A stretch of DNA of 63,486 nt, filler included, from Nemertoderma westbladi (lineage: Eukaryota > Animalia > Xenacoelomorpha): the NCBI GenBank assembly GCA_032718475.1. It is 3 parts of 3 records of this genome, joined end to end, with 100 filler letters (N's around TTAATTAATTAA, not from the genome) between each part and the next. Parts side by side here need not be neighbours in the genome. Positions count along the whole stretch, not along the records: positions 19,074 to 47,943 come from JAUCBJ010003394.1; positions 48,044 to 63,486 come from JAUCBJ010005637.1; 1 more part is not named here. One strand, given 5' to 3'. Positions 36,439 through 48,602 of this stretch are shown one piece after another. Numbering within the stretch: position 1 is the stretch's first letter; each line of letters begins with the position of its first letter. The position numbers and the translations under genes were made by a program. The notes beneath the pieces were generated by a model that searched no databases, was not told the origin of the DNA, and was given only the letters and a program-made list of their open reading frames with translations.

Positions 36439-38104
36439 CTACCTCGCAGGTGTTTGGGGCGCGGGTAACGTCACGTCATCGCTTGAAAGCATCTCGTTGG
36501 GACCCGGGTTGATATCTACCGTGTCTGGTGTCGGTGAAGTCGGACGGTTGGTATATGTCCCGGTGGAAGTACTAGGCAATGATAGGAACTCAATGGGTCT
36601 CATTGCGCCCAAGTCGACAGCCGGTCGACGGATCTCTAATCCTGGAGGAACAGCTAAGCGCTTACGCACAGCAGCTTGCACTGGTCCGGAGGGGACAGTT
36701 TGGGTAACGAAACCAAACCGGGTGAGCACAACAGAGGCGGCTACTGAGGTCGCTTCTAGATGGATTGGTTCCTCTGCTTGGTCGGAGGCATCCATAACGT
36801 CAGTTTGTATTTTTCCAACTGAGAAACCAGGTTTAATAATGGGCCTCTCGATCACCGATTGATGGAGATTGGAAATACATACGTCTTGGAATATAGCAAA
36901 GCCACCGCTGGCTAGCTCATCCGCAGCAGAGTGACGTAGCTCTCGCTGAGTCAGTGATTTCACGCGGAACTGACTCTCAATGTTGGCGAAGGTGGTTAAG
37001 AAACGCCGAAAGCATTTGAAGTTCAGGAATTCACCAAGTTCATCGAGTTTGGCGAGTTGGGTTCCCAACAACAACGGGCGCACTCTCAGCGTGCGGCTAC
37101 AGACGTCCGCAAGCCATCCTGATAACGCTTGGTTCTCGAATGAGGTATATCGCTAATGGGGGGCGCAAGGGGGCGCTCATAAAGCTATATACAGCGCCAG
37201 GGGTGGTGAGCGGTCCTTGAAAGTAATAAGGCAAATATGAGTCATCATAGACTCTGGAATACGTCTCGCAATCAGTTTCCTTAAAGTTCCAACCATACTT
37301 TTGAAACGCAATATGGCCAGAGGACGTATGGTCAACTCTGCTATACATATCGTTAGTGCTGCATCAATACATAAACCGGAAGAAGCCGTGGGGTTGCGCC
37401 CAAGGAAGGATGGTTTGGGTGTCGACAAGGGATATGGTATGTCATGGGTGATAGGGAAATCGTCTTTCAAATCTCGATATATGGCTGAACCGAGCTTATA
37501 AACTGATTCGTCTAAGAGAATGTCCAGTACAGGTTGTGGCAATAAAGCTGCCTCTATTCCCATGGCCGGGTGTTGATTCGTGTCATTGACGTAAGCCTCC
37601 GCTTTAACAAACTGTTGATGTCTCGCACGGTGTTGATAAGCGGTCAAGGCTGGGAAAGCACTGTTGGTGCCATGACAAGTATGCGTAAAAACGTGTGGCT
37701 CCAGTGAGGCCATGGATATGAATCAACCGAGTTGAACCGAGCTCAGGATCCGGTACTGAGCCTTTGTTATCATAGATCATAACACCGTAACTGTGGATAG
37801 CATTGACTGTATGTAACCATTGAGCATTAGCCACCTAGGTGGTCAGTTCTACTGGTGTCCATGAAGTATCCAATGAACCGGGTTCTCCCAGCGCTATTCT
37901 TATAAATTCATAACTAGGCGTGTAATTTATATTTGTGTTTGTTCGACATATCTTAAATCATCTTCGAGGTAGGCTACATCCAAGTTCCAGTAGACGAGGC
38001 GATGGTTATCCATAAATGTTTTTCATACTCCGGTTATATTCCTCCGAGAGTCATTGTTGCTGTGTATCGAGATTATGTATTGAGTCGTCATTAGAAATAT
38101 CCAT
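36439..38104 (-). pseudogene. Degenerate ORF3 of second BEL/Pao element, homologous to 30291-31283 (putative DEDDy 3'-5' exonuclease)
   Basis: VMIYDNKG, LLPQPVLDILLDESVYKLGSAIYRDLKDDF and SSGHIAFQKYGWNFKETDCETYSRVY align without gaps to the corresponding blocks of the first ORF3. Broken by frameshifts. Confidence 0.65.
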
Positions 38105-39799
38105 AATTGTTATCAATAATATATAAATATATTAATAATTCAACAAAGCAAACCAATGAGTTGATATAATTGTTATGATAACTTGAGTTTGTATAGGGCC
38201 AGCAATGCAGAGCCGCCCTCCACCCCCAGCCCGACACGGACCCAAGCCACCCCTGGCCGTGTTAGCGCCACTATGCCTAATCATTAGCCATCAGATGTGG
38301 AAGAATGGGTGGAAGACAAGCAGCTAACACACAGGGGAAGCTTGAGACCAGTCTCTCCAAGGGCTGTCCGTCGGGGGTTGTATTGACTGTTATAGTGCGA
38401 CTGAACTTAGTCTGTAATAGGGTTTCAGTTCGCTACAGTAAACACACAGAGAATAGCTGTTATTTGTACTATCACACAAACTAACACACCCAATTTCACA
38501 ACACGCACAAATGCCCGTTACAAAACCTACTATTTCCCGAATGTTGATATTTTTGTTTCCATGGATACTCATTAAATAAATTTGAAGGTATTAATTTTAG
38601 TAAAAAAAAATATACGATAAATCTCTGGAAATTAAATTGAAGGATTGCGTGAGCGACACACCAGTATCCCAATATTTTAAATTAGTTATTAATTTATCGA
38701 GGATCAACATTCGGTAAATATTGCGGTAGAATAGGTTATTGCTAATTCACACAGATCTGAGTTTACTGTGATATTATTACGTCTTTGTTGGTTGTATTAT
38801 TTAATTTATTTACTTGGTTGTGGTGTTTGTCTGTATAGTATCGGTGTTTATACTATTGTCATATTAATGTCGTGATTAAAGGGTTGGTGGTATTAAACCA
38901 TTAATGGATAATATAAATATAGATTTATGTGATCCAGTGACTTAACTAAGTTTACTCATCCCTAGGGAAAGAGCCACTAAGTGGACCGCGACCGTTCCCG
39001 TAATGCTTATTATTATAGTGACTTGAGAACGGATTTATATGAATGTGATATTGTATTAATCAATATCAAGCTATGTTGGTTCTTGAAGTTTCAAGCCAAC
39101 TAATAATTGACATATCTTACTGTACTCTGGTGATTGACAAGAAGCGGGAGTAGTAATTAAAACTCTGCATTCAAGTGTTATTGTGCCGTCATAATACAGC
39201 AAGACCAAGGTTTGTTATTGTCATGCGTCATGTTTAATAATGACTTATCATGACTAGTGTAGTTTATTATAATTTTATTTGTTACTCCCTTATGTACTCG
39301 GGTTATACAAGAAGTGGCGGGCCATCTCCAGAATTTACCCAGAGTTTGGTTTAACCGAAATAAAGGATATGGATTCCGCATTCAATTGTATTATCACCGT
39401 CATCATAAAATTAATAAGGGTTTTGGTTGGCTGCGCGTCATGTTTAATAATGGCTTATCGCAACATGTTGTCAAGAATTGGGTTCAAGTTTCATGCGTCG
39501 TGTGTATAATGACTTATCATGAAACCTTCCACTTTTCTTAATAGTATTCTAGAATGTTCTAGAACTGAGATCAAGTTTCATGCACTGTGTATAAAACAGT
39601 TTATCATGAAACATCCCACAGTCCTATTGTTTATGTTATTTTATTTACAATTGTTCTAGAACTAAGTTCGAGTTTCATGCACTGTGTATAAAATGATTTA
39701 TCATGAAATATCCCATAGTCCTATTGTTTTTTGGGGACGGAAGCAATGTAAGGATAAATTATGTTAGCCTGTCAAGCTGATTTTGGCATATTTTTAAAA

Positions 39800-40998
39800 A
39801 CGTATGGGGTCAGTGTTTAACGACACAACATAACCCGTTGCCACACTTGGGTGTGATATGCAGCGCACTCAAACGTTCCAAGGGAGTTAACTAGACCAAT
39901 AAAGGTATGTCAAGTCTGTTGGCTTAACTTCCAATTTCTAGCAGGTAGGGGCAGCCAATGGGATGGCTGAGTCTCTGTGGAACAAAGTTTAGTATGCCTG
40001 TTTCCTCAGCACCACAAGATCCACTGATCTTACCAGGCCATCATGCTGATGCATGTTTCTACTATCATTCTCCTTACACATACGGGGAACGAGGCCCAGC
40101 AATATAATTCGGCTGCTGAATCCTAGGGGGTCGAAATAAGCGTTGAGTACGCCTAGGCAAATGCATTTGGTTAGGGTATCACCCTTTCTTAACTTCACTT
40201 TAAATACCATGATGTCACTTTCTGACTTTCTGACAAAGACTTAATGGCTTAGTCTCCAGTAGGCCATCCTTATTTAAGTCTAGTTCGGTATCGCCACGCT
40301 CGACGGGGGGTATGGCCTTTAAAAACTTATGGGAGTTGCTCATAAATTTCTTTAGGCGAAATCCTCCAAATTTCAGGCAGTTACTGTCCCTTGAGCAATG
40401 TCTATGGTTTCATTTACTGTCAGGGCTGGTTTTGGGTCATTGTCTATGTAAATATCCCATTTGATATTATTTATGACGGGAGGTGGAAATTCATCCCTAT
40501 GGCCATCAGCCGTCCGATGTAGTCGTAAGTCGGGTGTTGTATTTAATATGTTACATGATTTCAATGGGGTGGCATGCAACTTTCGGTCAGTCATCGGGGA
40601 CATAATGCCGGGTTCACTGTACCCAGTAAGGAAACAGGCTTGGTCTGAGGACAAGGTTGCGTCACTCCATAACTGTTGGTTTGGTCAAGAGTAGTCAAGA
40701 TACCATCTTCTGTCTCTATGGTTTCATTGCAAAGGTGGGTCAATAAGTTGCAAGTGTCGGTGTCTGTATTTGTCAGTCCTTTCCATTCTAATAGGGTTTT
40801 CCAGGAAGGCCCAGTACAGAACCATCCCACTCTCGTCCTGCAGGCGTAGGCTGACATTGGTTCTGGATGTCTGGGTCGTTGCTCCAGAATTTCTAAGGCT
40901 TCGGGTACATGTTGGCCTATCAACATCTGTACGTCTGGGTAGTCTGGGGTGAAACGGAGAATGTTATGATTGCGTACAAGGGCGTCATCATCCCAGTT
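39800..40998 (-). mobile_element. Second BEL/Pao element: deleted pol remnant
   Basis: DVQMLIGQHVPEAL...RTRVGWFCTGP, DEFPPPVINNIKWDIYIDND (YVDD equivalent), GGFRLKKF and VLNAYFDPLGF parallel the pol blocks at 25500-26920. Confidence 0.8.
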
Positions 40999-42950
40999 TG
41001 CGATGCCATCCTCCAGATCGACGCCACGAACACGTTCAACACGCTGAACCGCAAGGCGGCGCTGCACAACATCCGGCTGGTCTGCCCCACGATCCACACC
41101 ATCGTAGTGAATTGCTACGCGGTTCGGCAGTCCGGCGATCCGGCGGCAATGCCGATGTTTGGCGTCGGTCTCGTCCCGTTACTCGCCGAGCTTATAAGCT
41201 CACCTGTACTGTCGTTCAGAAGTGGTAAGCGGACGATGGGAACGCCATGGGGAATCTCAAGGAACACCTGAAGTTCTGGGACATGGTGTCGATGAGGGGG
41301 CCTCTCTATTGGTACTACCCGACTAAGTGCTACCTCACTGTCAAGCCGGAGAAGTTGGAGGAGGTGAAGGAGATGTTCGCGGACAGTGGCGTTGCCATCG
41401 ACACGGTGGGGAACAAACTCTTCGGTGGCGTAATCGGGACCGAGGAGCTCCGGCGCGAGTACATCGAGCTGAAGGTGGAGGAGTTCGCCGCCGACCTGGA
41501 TCACCTCTCCACCATTGCCGCAGTCGACCCGCACTGCGCGTACGCTGGCCTCGCCTTCGGTCTCTCCTGCCAGTGGCGGTTCTTGGCGCGCGTCGTCCCG
41601 GGGGCCATGGACTCCTTTGGGAAGTTGGAGGATACCGTGGAGCAGTGCCTCTGCCGGATCGTTGACTAGCCGGCGGTATCGGTGACGGAACGCAAGTTGC
41701 TGTCGCTATCGGTTCGGGACGGGGGGTTGGGGATCCCGGTTCCTGAGGATCTACGACCCCAATACGAGAACTCCCGGAGGATCTGCGAGCCGTTCATCTC
41801 CATGGAGGGTGAGTCGACGGTGGCGGTTAGGGAAGAGAAGACGCACATAGCGAAGTTAGTTGCAGCCTCTTCCTCTGTTGTAGCGAAAGCTAAAAAGGAG
41901 GAGGTTTACGACAAATTAAGAAGTGAAATGCACAATTTGTGCGGACTAACTACTGAGAAAGGTGCGTCTGCCTGGCTAAATACCAAACCCTTAACATTGC
42001 ACGACACTCACCTGTCCAAGGAGGAGTTCCGTGATGGAGTTTGTCTCCGGTACGGTTGGTCGCCAAGAAATCTTCCTTCTCGTTGTGTCTGTGGGTCGTG
42101 ATTTTCTCCTTCCCACGTTCTGTTGTGTCCCACTGGGGGGTTCCCCTCAATCAGACACAACGAGATCCGCGATTTCGTCGCCGACTTCCTGACTGAGGTA
42201 GGCCACAATGTGGCTGTTGAGCCGATGCTCCATCCGCTGACAGGGGAGTCCTTCACTCTCCGGTCCACCTCGACGGACCAGCAGGCGAGACTCGACGTGT
42301 CGGTGAGTGGATTCTGGGGCAACTGCTTCCAGAAGATGTTCATTGACGTGTCAGTGTTCAACCCGCTGACGGACACCAACACAGCGATGTCGCTGGACGC
42401 CGCCCACCTCCATCATGAGGTGAGGAAGATCCGGAGATACAAGGAGCGGATCCATGAGGTTGAGCACTCAACCTTCACCCCCCTCATATTTTCTGCATTC
42501 GGGGGCATGGCGCCAGCTGCGAAGCAGTTTGTTAAGCATCTGGCGTTGAAGTTGTTGGAGAAACGACAGGTTCCCTACCCAGAGTCGGTAGCGTGGGTGC
42601 AGCGACGCAACAACTTCGCCTTACTCCAGTCGTCCCTGATGTGACTCCATGGGTTCCGGTCGGCCGCTAGAAGACCGGTGCAGGCAGCGGTGGCAAACGC
42701 GTCCATTGTGTGGGTGAACGCGGACTCGGACCCCGGGACGGCTTAGATATTAGAGATCTGGTGGGTTTGTTGGGTACCGGCAGTGGCAGAGTGGCAGACT
42801 GGTGACATGTACTGAACCAATTTGTATTGTTGCTAGGTAACAGTTTGGTTGGTGGTGGGTTATATTTTTACTTGTTTATGTGCATTATTATATTTGAATT
42901 ATTGTTTGTTTATGTCATAATATACAGAGGCTTTTGAGTAAAAAAAAAAA
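40999..42950 (+). mobile_element. CRE-clade non-LTR retrotransposon with restriction-like endonuclease, 5'-truncated
   Basis: GC-rich. LQIDATNTFNTLNR, SGDP, LSVRDGGLGI, GASAWL...FRDGVCLRYG, CVCG...HVLLC, RHNEIRD, ARLDV...FIDV...HEVRK...FTPLIFSAFGG. Poly-A at ~42940-42950. Confidence 0.8.
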
Positions 42951-43227
42951 TATATATATATATATACTACTGAGTTTATTCCTGCAAATAATATTGTTAT
43001 GAATAAATATATGTCTGAAGTCACCTGTAATACAAACAAATGGTTATGTTCAGAATGAAATTAGCGTAGGATGTCCATTCCCTTGAACTAAATACAAGGA
43101 TTAATATATGTCAAATATCGGGCCTGTGTCTGCCTGTTAAATAAACAGTTCAATGGCCTAAAGAAAGATGTAGTAATTAACTATTGCTGTACGTAAATAA
43201 TATAATGTTCTTATGATATTTGGGGGT

Positions 43228-43996
43228 TGTAACACTATGTTACAAGTTTATAATAATGAACAACAAAACGTAAGTATAGGGCGTATGTACAGTAAAACAA
43301 TAAAACACCAGGTTACTTAGATTTCTTAGTTACTGTAAATAAAAACCGGAGGGGTAAAACAATTTTGATAATAGCGTCCGCAACATACCAGACAGACACA
43401 CTGAATAAATTAATAAGATACGGTAATGAATGCAGTAATTTATCGGTAATTAGCTGTTTCACACGCAGTGTACCTGTACACTCCCTCGGGTGTCTGGTCT
43501 TCTACTGACTTCGCAAACGTACAACTAATAATGTCAAATTAAACCATAGTCACACAAGTAAACTCTTTGACTCAATCAATAATTCGCACGGAAATGCACC
43601 TGCAATGTCGCACAAACAGAATTCGCAAAGGTTATCACAGTGCTATAACACATCAAACTAAATAATCAGTACCACACCGAAATAATTGCAGGGTTATCTA
43701 TATTAACTTTTGTCACTGATGCTCTCCCAGTTGGGCAATTTTACGCTTCACGTATCGCTAGCTTACGGATTAACCTCACACGGGGTACGTAAGTCTTACT
43801 GCTAAACACGTTTGGAGAATTAACGCATAGGGAACAATGTAATGTTTCAAATCCTGTAACCATTCATCGATAAAGCATTCAGTTCTCAATATCAAGCAAA
43901 ATAAGAACATATACGAATAACACAACACTAGTTCTACACGTAATTGAAGTAGTTTACTTACTTAGTTTAAGTAGTTTTTAGTGCTGTGTTGCCACA
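43228..43996. mobile_element. Possible solo LTR
   Basis: TGTAACA...TGCCACA termini and a preceding G-run. No TSD seen. Confidence 0.3.
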
Positions 43997-44811
43997 CAGC
44001 AGGAACACTCACGAAAGTATATGTGTATATATATATTATGTAATATATATATATCTGAACTGAATGTAGAATCAATCACTATAAGTATATAGCTTCGGTG
44101 CTTATAAACTGCTTCAAGGGAGGAAAGTGACAGTTACGTGTAAACCATTCCGTTATATTGTGTTGTTGGCGAGTAAATGTAGGTGTGACTTAAATATATT
44201 TCAGGTAGGACACTATGTTGGACTTAGTGCGTGGTAAGCGCACAGTTCACTCGTGCTGCATACATAGTGTTAATAGATGATGGTTACTAGTTGGGGAATA
44301 ATATTGCAGTACTATGGACGCACACACTCGCACTAAAATGAACTGAATCTATTACAGACAGGGCGCAGTCAGCACTAACCGTGTGGAAATCGAGATGGTT
44401 TGATCTCTGGTCTTGTATAATCATCAACAATAGTAAAGCAATAATAGTAAATAATGTAATACAGCAAGTTACAATGCATGCAGCAAGGTGAAATATCACG
44501 AGTCCGCAAGTTACATGACTCGCAACAGGCTTAATATGATGTTAGGTTATGCCTGAGAGTAATGGGATGGACATCGACTATATAAACAAGCAATACTGCA
44601 AAAATAGAACAGCCAATAGGACGCAAGAATACCTGTACCGGTAGTTACCAATGAGAGTTCAGCACTACCACAACTGCTGCTAGGTAACATATAAACAAGG
44701 TTCACGGTGGTATACAACATGAGTTAGGTATAAATATCATACACACAGAAATTGAATGATTCTCTGATAAAAATATAAGATTTCGATATACAGTTAGCGT
44801 GTGCAGCAAAA
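43995..44811. repeat. Dispersed direct repeat, copy 2 (with two internal insertions)
   Basis: Matches 35259-35853 plus extra segments at ~44009-44058 and ~44551-44708. Confidence 0.9.
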
Positions 44812-45519
44812 GTATATATATAAAAAATAAATAAACAGGTAAACAATAGAGTCTTACATCCCACAAACAATCAAAAAAACATAGAATCGGGACATACGCC
44901 CAAAATAGTACAAACCACAAACAATACAAACAAAAAAAAACGACATAAACAACATAAACAACAAACAACAAACAAAAATCAAATATATTAAATATGCTGA
45001 ACATACAGGTATGTCTCCACCCTAAGCCTAACCTAACCAACCACCATACACTAAATGATACCGGTATTATACTGCACAAAAGCTAAGCCTATATTCTCTA
45101 AAAATATATATGACATTTTGTCGCCGCAAAAGTATATATTGTTGCGTTTTGGTGTCTGAGACCCAGTACGGGGTAATCTCCGACACCTCATCAGCTGGAC
45201 AAAGGTCTATCTATATTGCACCGATGACCTACTACAATCGCACCAAACTCTGTTACCACTCGCCCAAACAGACATCAGACCGCAGAACAATGAATCAGCA
45301 GCGATGTGGCAAATTCTGCTCTATTTCATGAAATGATAATTAAAGGTCGTACGCAACATCCTGACTAACAGGGGCTTGTTATATATACAATAAAAAATAA
45401 ATAAACATGTAAACAATAGAGTCTTACACCCCACAAACAATCAAAAAAACATAGAAACTGCAAGTTATAAAATCAAGTAAATTAAGATTAATATAGATTA
45501 ATATAAAAGTTAATGAACA

Positions 45520-46566
45520 AACGTTAAGGGCCCAATGTGGCGGTGCACCGTCCTGCTGAAACACCACTTTGTCGGTGTTAGGACTCAGTATTGGAATTAG
45601 AAACTCTTGCAGCATTGCCAGATATTTCTTAGCGTTGACAGACGAACCTTTGAAAATGTATGGTCCAATAACCTGTGTGGAAGACATGGCACACCATACC
45701 GTTAACTTTGGTGTGTCACGGAAGCGTTCTGTCACTTTATGGGGGTTTTCAGGACCCCAAATTCTACAGTTCCACCGATTGACAGCGCCACTCAGGTGAA
45801 ATGTTGCCTCATCGCTAAAGTAATGTGGGCAGGATCTTTATCTTCTAAATAAAGCAGAATAGCATCAGAAGCGCTCACTCTGCTGGAATGAATAGTCGTT
45901 GGGTTTGAGCCCGTGCAACATCTGAATTTTATATGGTCGAAATTTCAGGTTTTTGGCAATCCTTTGAGTGGAGCTTCTGCTTACCCCTACAGCTAAGGAC
46001 ACACGGCGCAAAGAGGTTTCTGGATATGTTAGGAAGTGAGTTTTAATAGCAGAAACTTTCTCTTGGGTAATCGAAGGCCTTTCAGAGCCTGATTTGCGTA
46101 ACAAAGTTTTTTCACTCTCAAATTTTCTTACAAGACGCGATATGTCTGATCTCGTAGGACGCCAAACACCTACGAACTGGTAAGAAAATTCTAACTGCGT
46201 AAGCTTGGAAGACTGCTTTCGGTAGTAGGTTTTAACAATGAAAACTTTTTGTTGGTCTGTAAACATTGCAGAAACATTGGCTACTCTAGTAACTACAGAT
46301 GGCATTCTAGAATAGTCGTTTATTCACAGGGAAACAAGTTATTATTTATGGATTTCCGCGAATAAATTTCACATCTTAACACTCAAGATACAGTTTTAAT
46401 GCAAACTAATCTGATTAGTTACCATAGCAACTACCACATCCAGAACAACTCCCAAAGTCTAAGTTAACCTATTGGCTTTCATATGATACCAACAAGTCTG
46501 CGATTGATGTTCATTGTAACGAGTTATTAAACTTTAAAACCGGATCAAATTTATTGTGACACCCTG
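45520..46566 (-). mobile_element. Tc1/mariner (maT/DD37D-like) transposon, 3'-truncated
   Basis: TA|CAGGGTGTCAC TIR at 46566. N-terminal HTH (MFTDQQKVFIVKTYY...SRLVRKFE), FSDEATFHLSGAVN...CRIWG, VWCAMS...IGPYIF and FQQDGAPPH. Confidence 0.85.
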
Positions 46567-46901
46567 TATAACAAGCCCCTGTTAGTCAGGATGTCGCATA
46601 CGACCTTTAATTATAATTGTATATATGTTGCAGGTTTTTAGCTAAATTAGTGATTAACATTAATTCCTAGGAAATAAGCTAAAAACCTTAAAAGCTAGGA
46701 AATTAGGAAATATCGCAGGAAATAAGATGAATAATCATAATATACCAGTATTTTATACAGTATTGTACCGGTATAGTATATTATATACTATCATTTCCTA
46801 CTAATATTGCAATGTATTTCATTATTTCCTAGGACATAACAAAGTATGCGGAATTAACTTTAAACAAGATTTCCTTAATGACTGCAACATACATGTATTA
46901 C

Positions 46902-47027
46902 CTAAACATGTAGTGACACCATCTCCTGTATATCCAGTTTTGCAACTACAACTAAATCCACCATCAGTATTGGAACAGTCAGCATTAATGTGGCAGTTGT
47001 CTGTGTTTAATTGACATTCATCATCAT
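46902..47027 (-). CDS. Calcium-binding EGF-like domain exon (126 bp, phase 1-1)
   Basis: AG/GT bounded; [42 protein letters not shown]. Confidence 0.85.
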
Positions 47028-47143
47028 CTATAAAATTAATTTAAATTCATTTTTAAATAAAGTAAATATAATTATAGTATAAAAATAGAAAATGTTTTCA
47101 GCTATTAATAAATCCTGTATATAATTGTAAGTAAATGAATTAC

Positions 47144-47269
47144 CAAAACATGTAGTGACACCATCTCCTGTATATCCAGACATGCAACTACAACTAAATC
47201 CACCATCAGTATTGGAACAGTCAGCATTAATGTGGCAGTTGTCTGTGCTCAATGTACATTCATCATCAT
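47144..47269 (-). CDS. Calcium-binding EGF-like domain exon (126 bp, phase 1-1)
   Basis: AG/GT bounded; [42 protein letters not shown]. Confidence 0.85.
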
Positions 47270-47434
47270 CTATAAAATTATTTCATATATACATTTTTAA
47301 GGGAATAAATATACATACAAGTAGACATACAGGCAAGACTAGCTCAGTTGATTGAGCATTGAGCTTACAATCTAATAGTTGTAAGTTTTAGCCCCACCAG
47401 GGTCCACCATCATTTAATCCACTGGGGTCAATAA

Positions 47435-47915
47435 AATAATAAAACGCCATCTACTACACTCGTATGATAGGTCTTGCTTGATGGTATTTACAGCAGTACA
47501 AGACTGCAAGTCTTGAATTTAGCAAAGGAGTTGTCACTAATGGCGATACCTGTGAACACAGACTCAGATGCATTATCCACCTCAAATTCATCAGCCAATA
47601 CCCAGTCATTGTTTAGAAGCTTCTCAAAGAGGGCAATCCCACCATTATTGATGAATTGGTTGGTTGGATTTTCCACCAAGTGAACAGGTTTAATGATTGC
47701 CATGCCTGCCATTGCCATTGCCATTATTGCCTGTTATTATCTCCTTTATTGATAAACTCCTTCAGATAATCAGAGTATTGCCTGTTAAGGCACCTAGCCT
47801 AGATGCTGCCTTAACTGCATTCTTGGCTGTCATAGTGTGTCAGCCGACAGGACGCATTCTACACCTTAGAGAGAGAGGTCATTTTTGAACTTCCAAATTC
47901 TATGGTCAAACCAGG
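47435..47915 (-). mobile_element. Old RTE-like LINE fragment, paralogous to 34560-35140
   Basis: FEKLLNNDWVL and GCCTTAACTGCATTCTTGGC shared with the first RTE; same position relative to the EGF exons as 34560-35140. Confidence 0.7.
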
Positions 47916-47943
47916 GCAGGAGGGGGGTGGTGGCCTATATCCT

Positions 47944-48043
47944 NNNNNNNNNNNNNNNNNNNNNNNNNNNNNNNNNNNNNNNNNNNNTTAATTAATTAAN
48001 NNNNNNNNNNNNNNNNNNNNNNNNNNNNNNNNNNNNNNNNNNN
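47944..48043. other. Assembly gap / artificial contig linker
   Basis: N-run, TTAATTAATTAA, N-run. Confidence 0.95.
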
Positions 48044-48439
48044 CACAAAAACGCTCTCATTGGCTGACTGAACTGAGAGACGCCGTAGAACAAAGGAAAT
48101 CAACACGTATGAATGTCAGCTGTTAACCGTAGTCATAGTAACTACTGTTCAAGAGTAGCTATCACTCCTTTGCGTCACGAATTGCCATAGAATCATAAAA
48201 TATACCTTTCACAATACACATACGGAGGAAATAAGTCTTAGATCCTCTAAAAACACCGATACAGTAATAATACGGTCTCTTACACTTATTAAATCAACTA
48301 CAGAGTATTTTAATGTAAAAGATAATAAAAATAACGGGGCAATTCAGCAAAGGCTTTTACACAACCACAGTCGCATTTTATTATTTATAATTTCTTATAA
48401 CTTTGATCTGATATAAATCCGACTTGAATTATGCAGTAC

Positions 48440-48602
48440 ACAGGGTTACAGCTTACTGGTGATTCGCAGTGGTCATAGTTACAGCTTACAGGTGATGGTG
48501 TATATTTTTGCAGTCATCATGGTTACAGCTTACAGGTGATGGTGTATATTTTTGCAGTCATCATGGTTACAGCTTATAGGTGATGGTGTATATTTATGCA
48601 GT
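48440..48602. repeat. Short tandem repeat (~44-bp unit, 3-4 copies)
   Basis: GGTTACAGCTTACAGGTGATGGTGTATATTTTTGCAGTCATCAT repeated. Confidence 0.8.
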
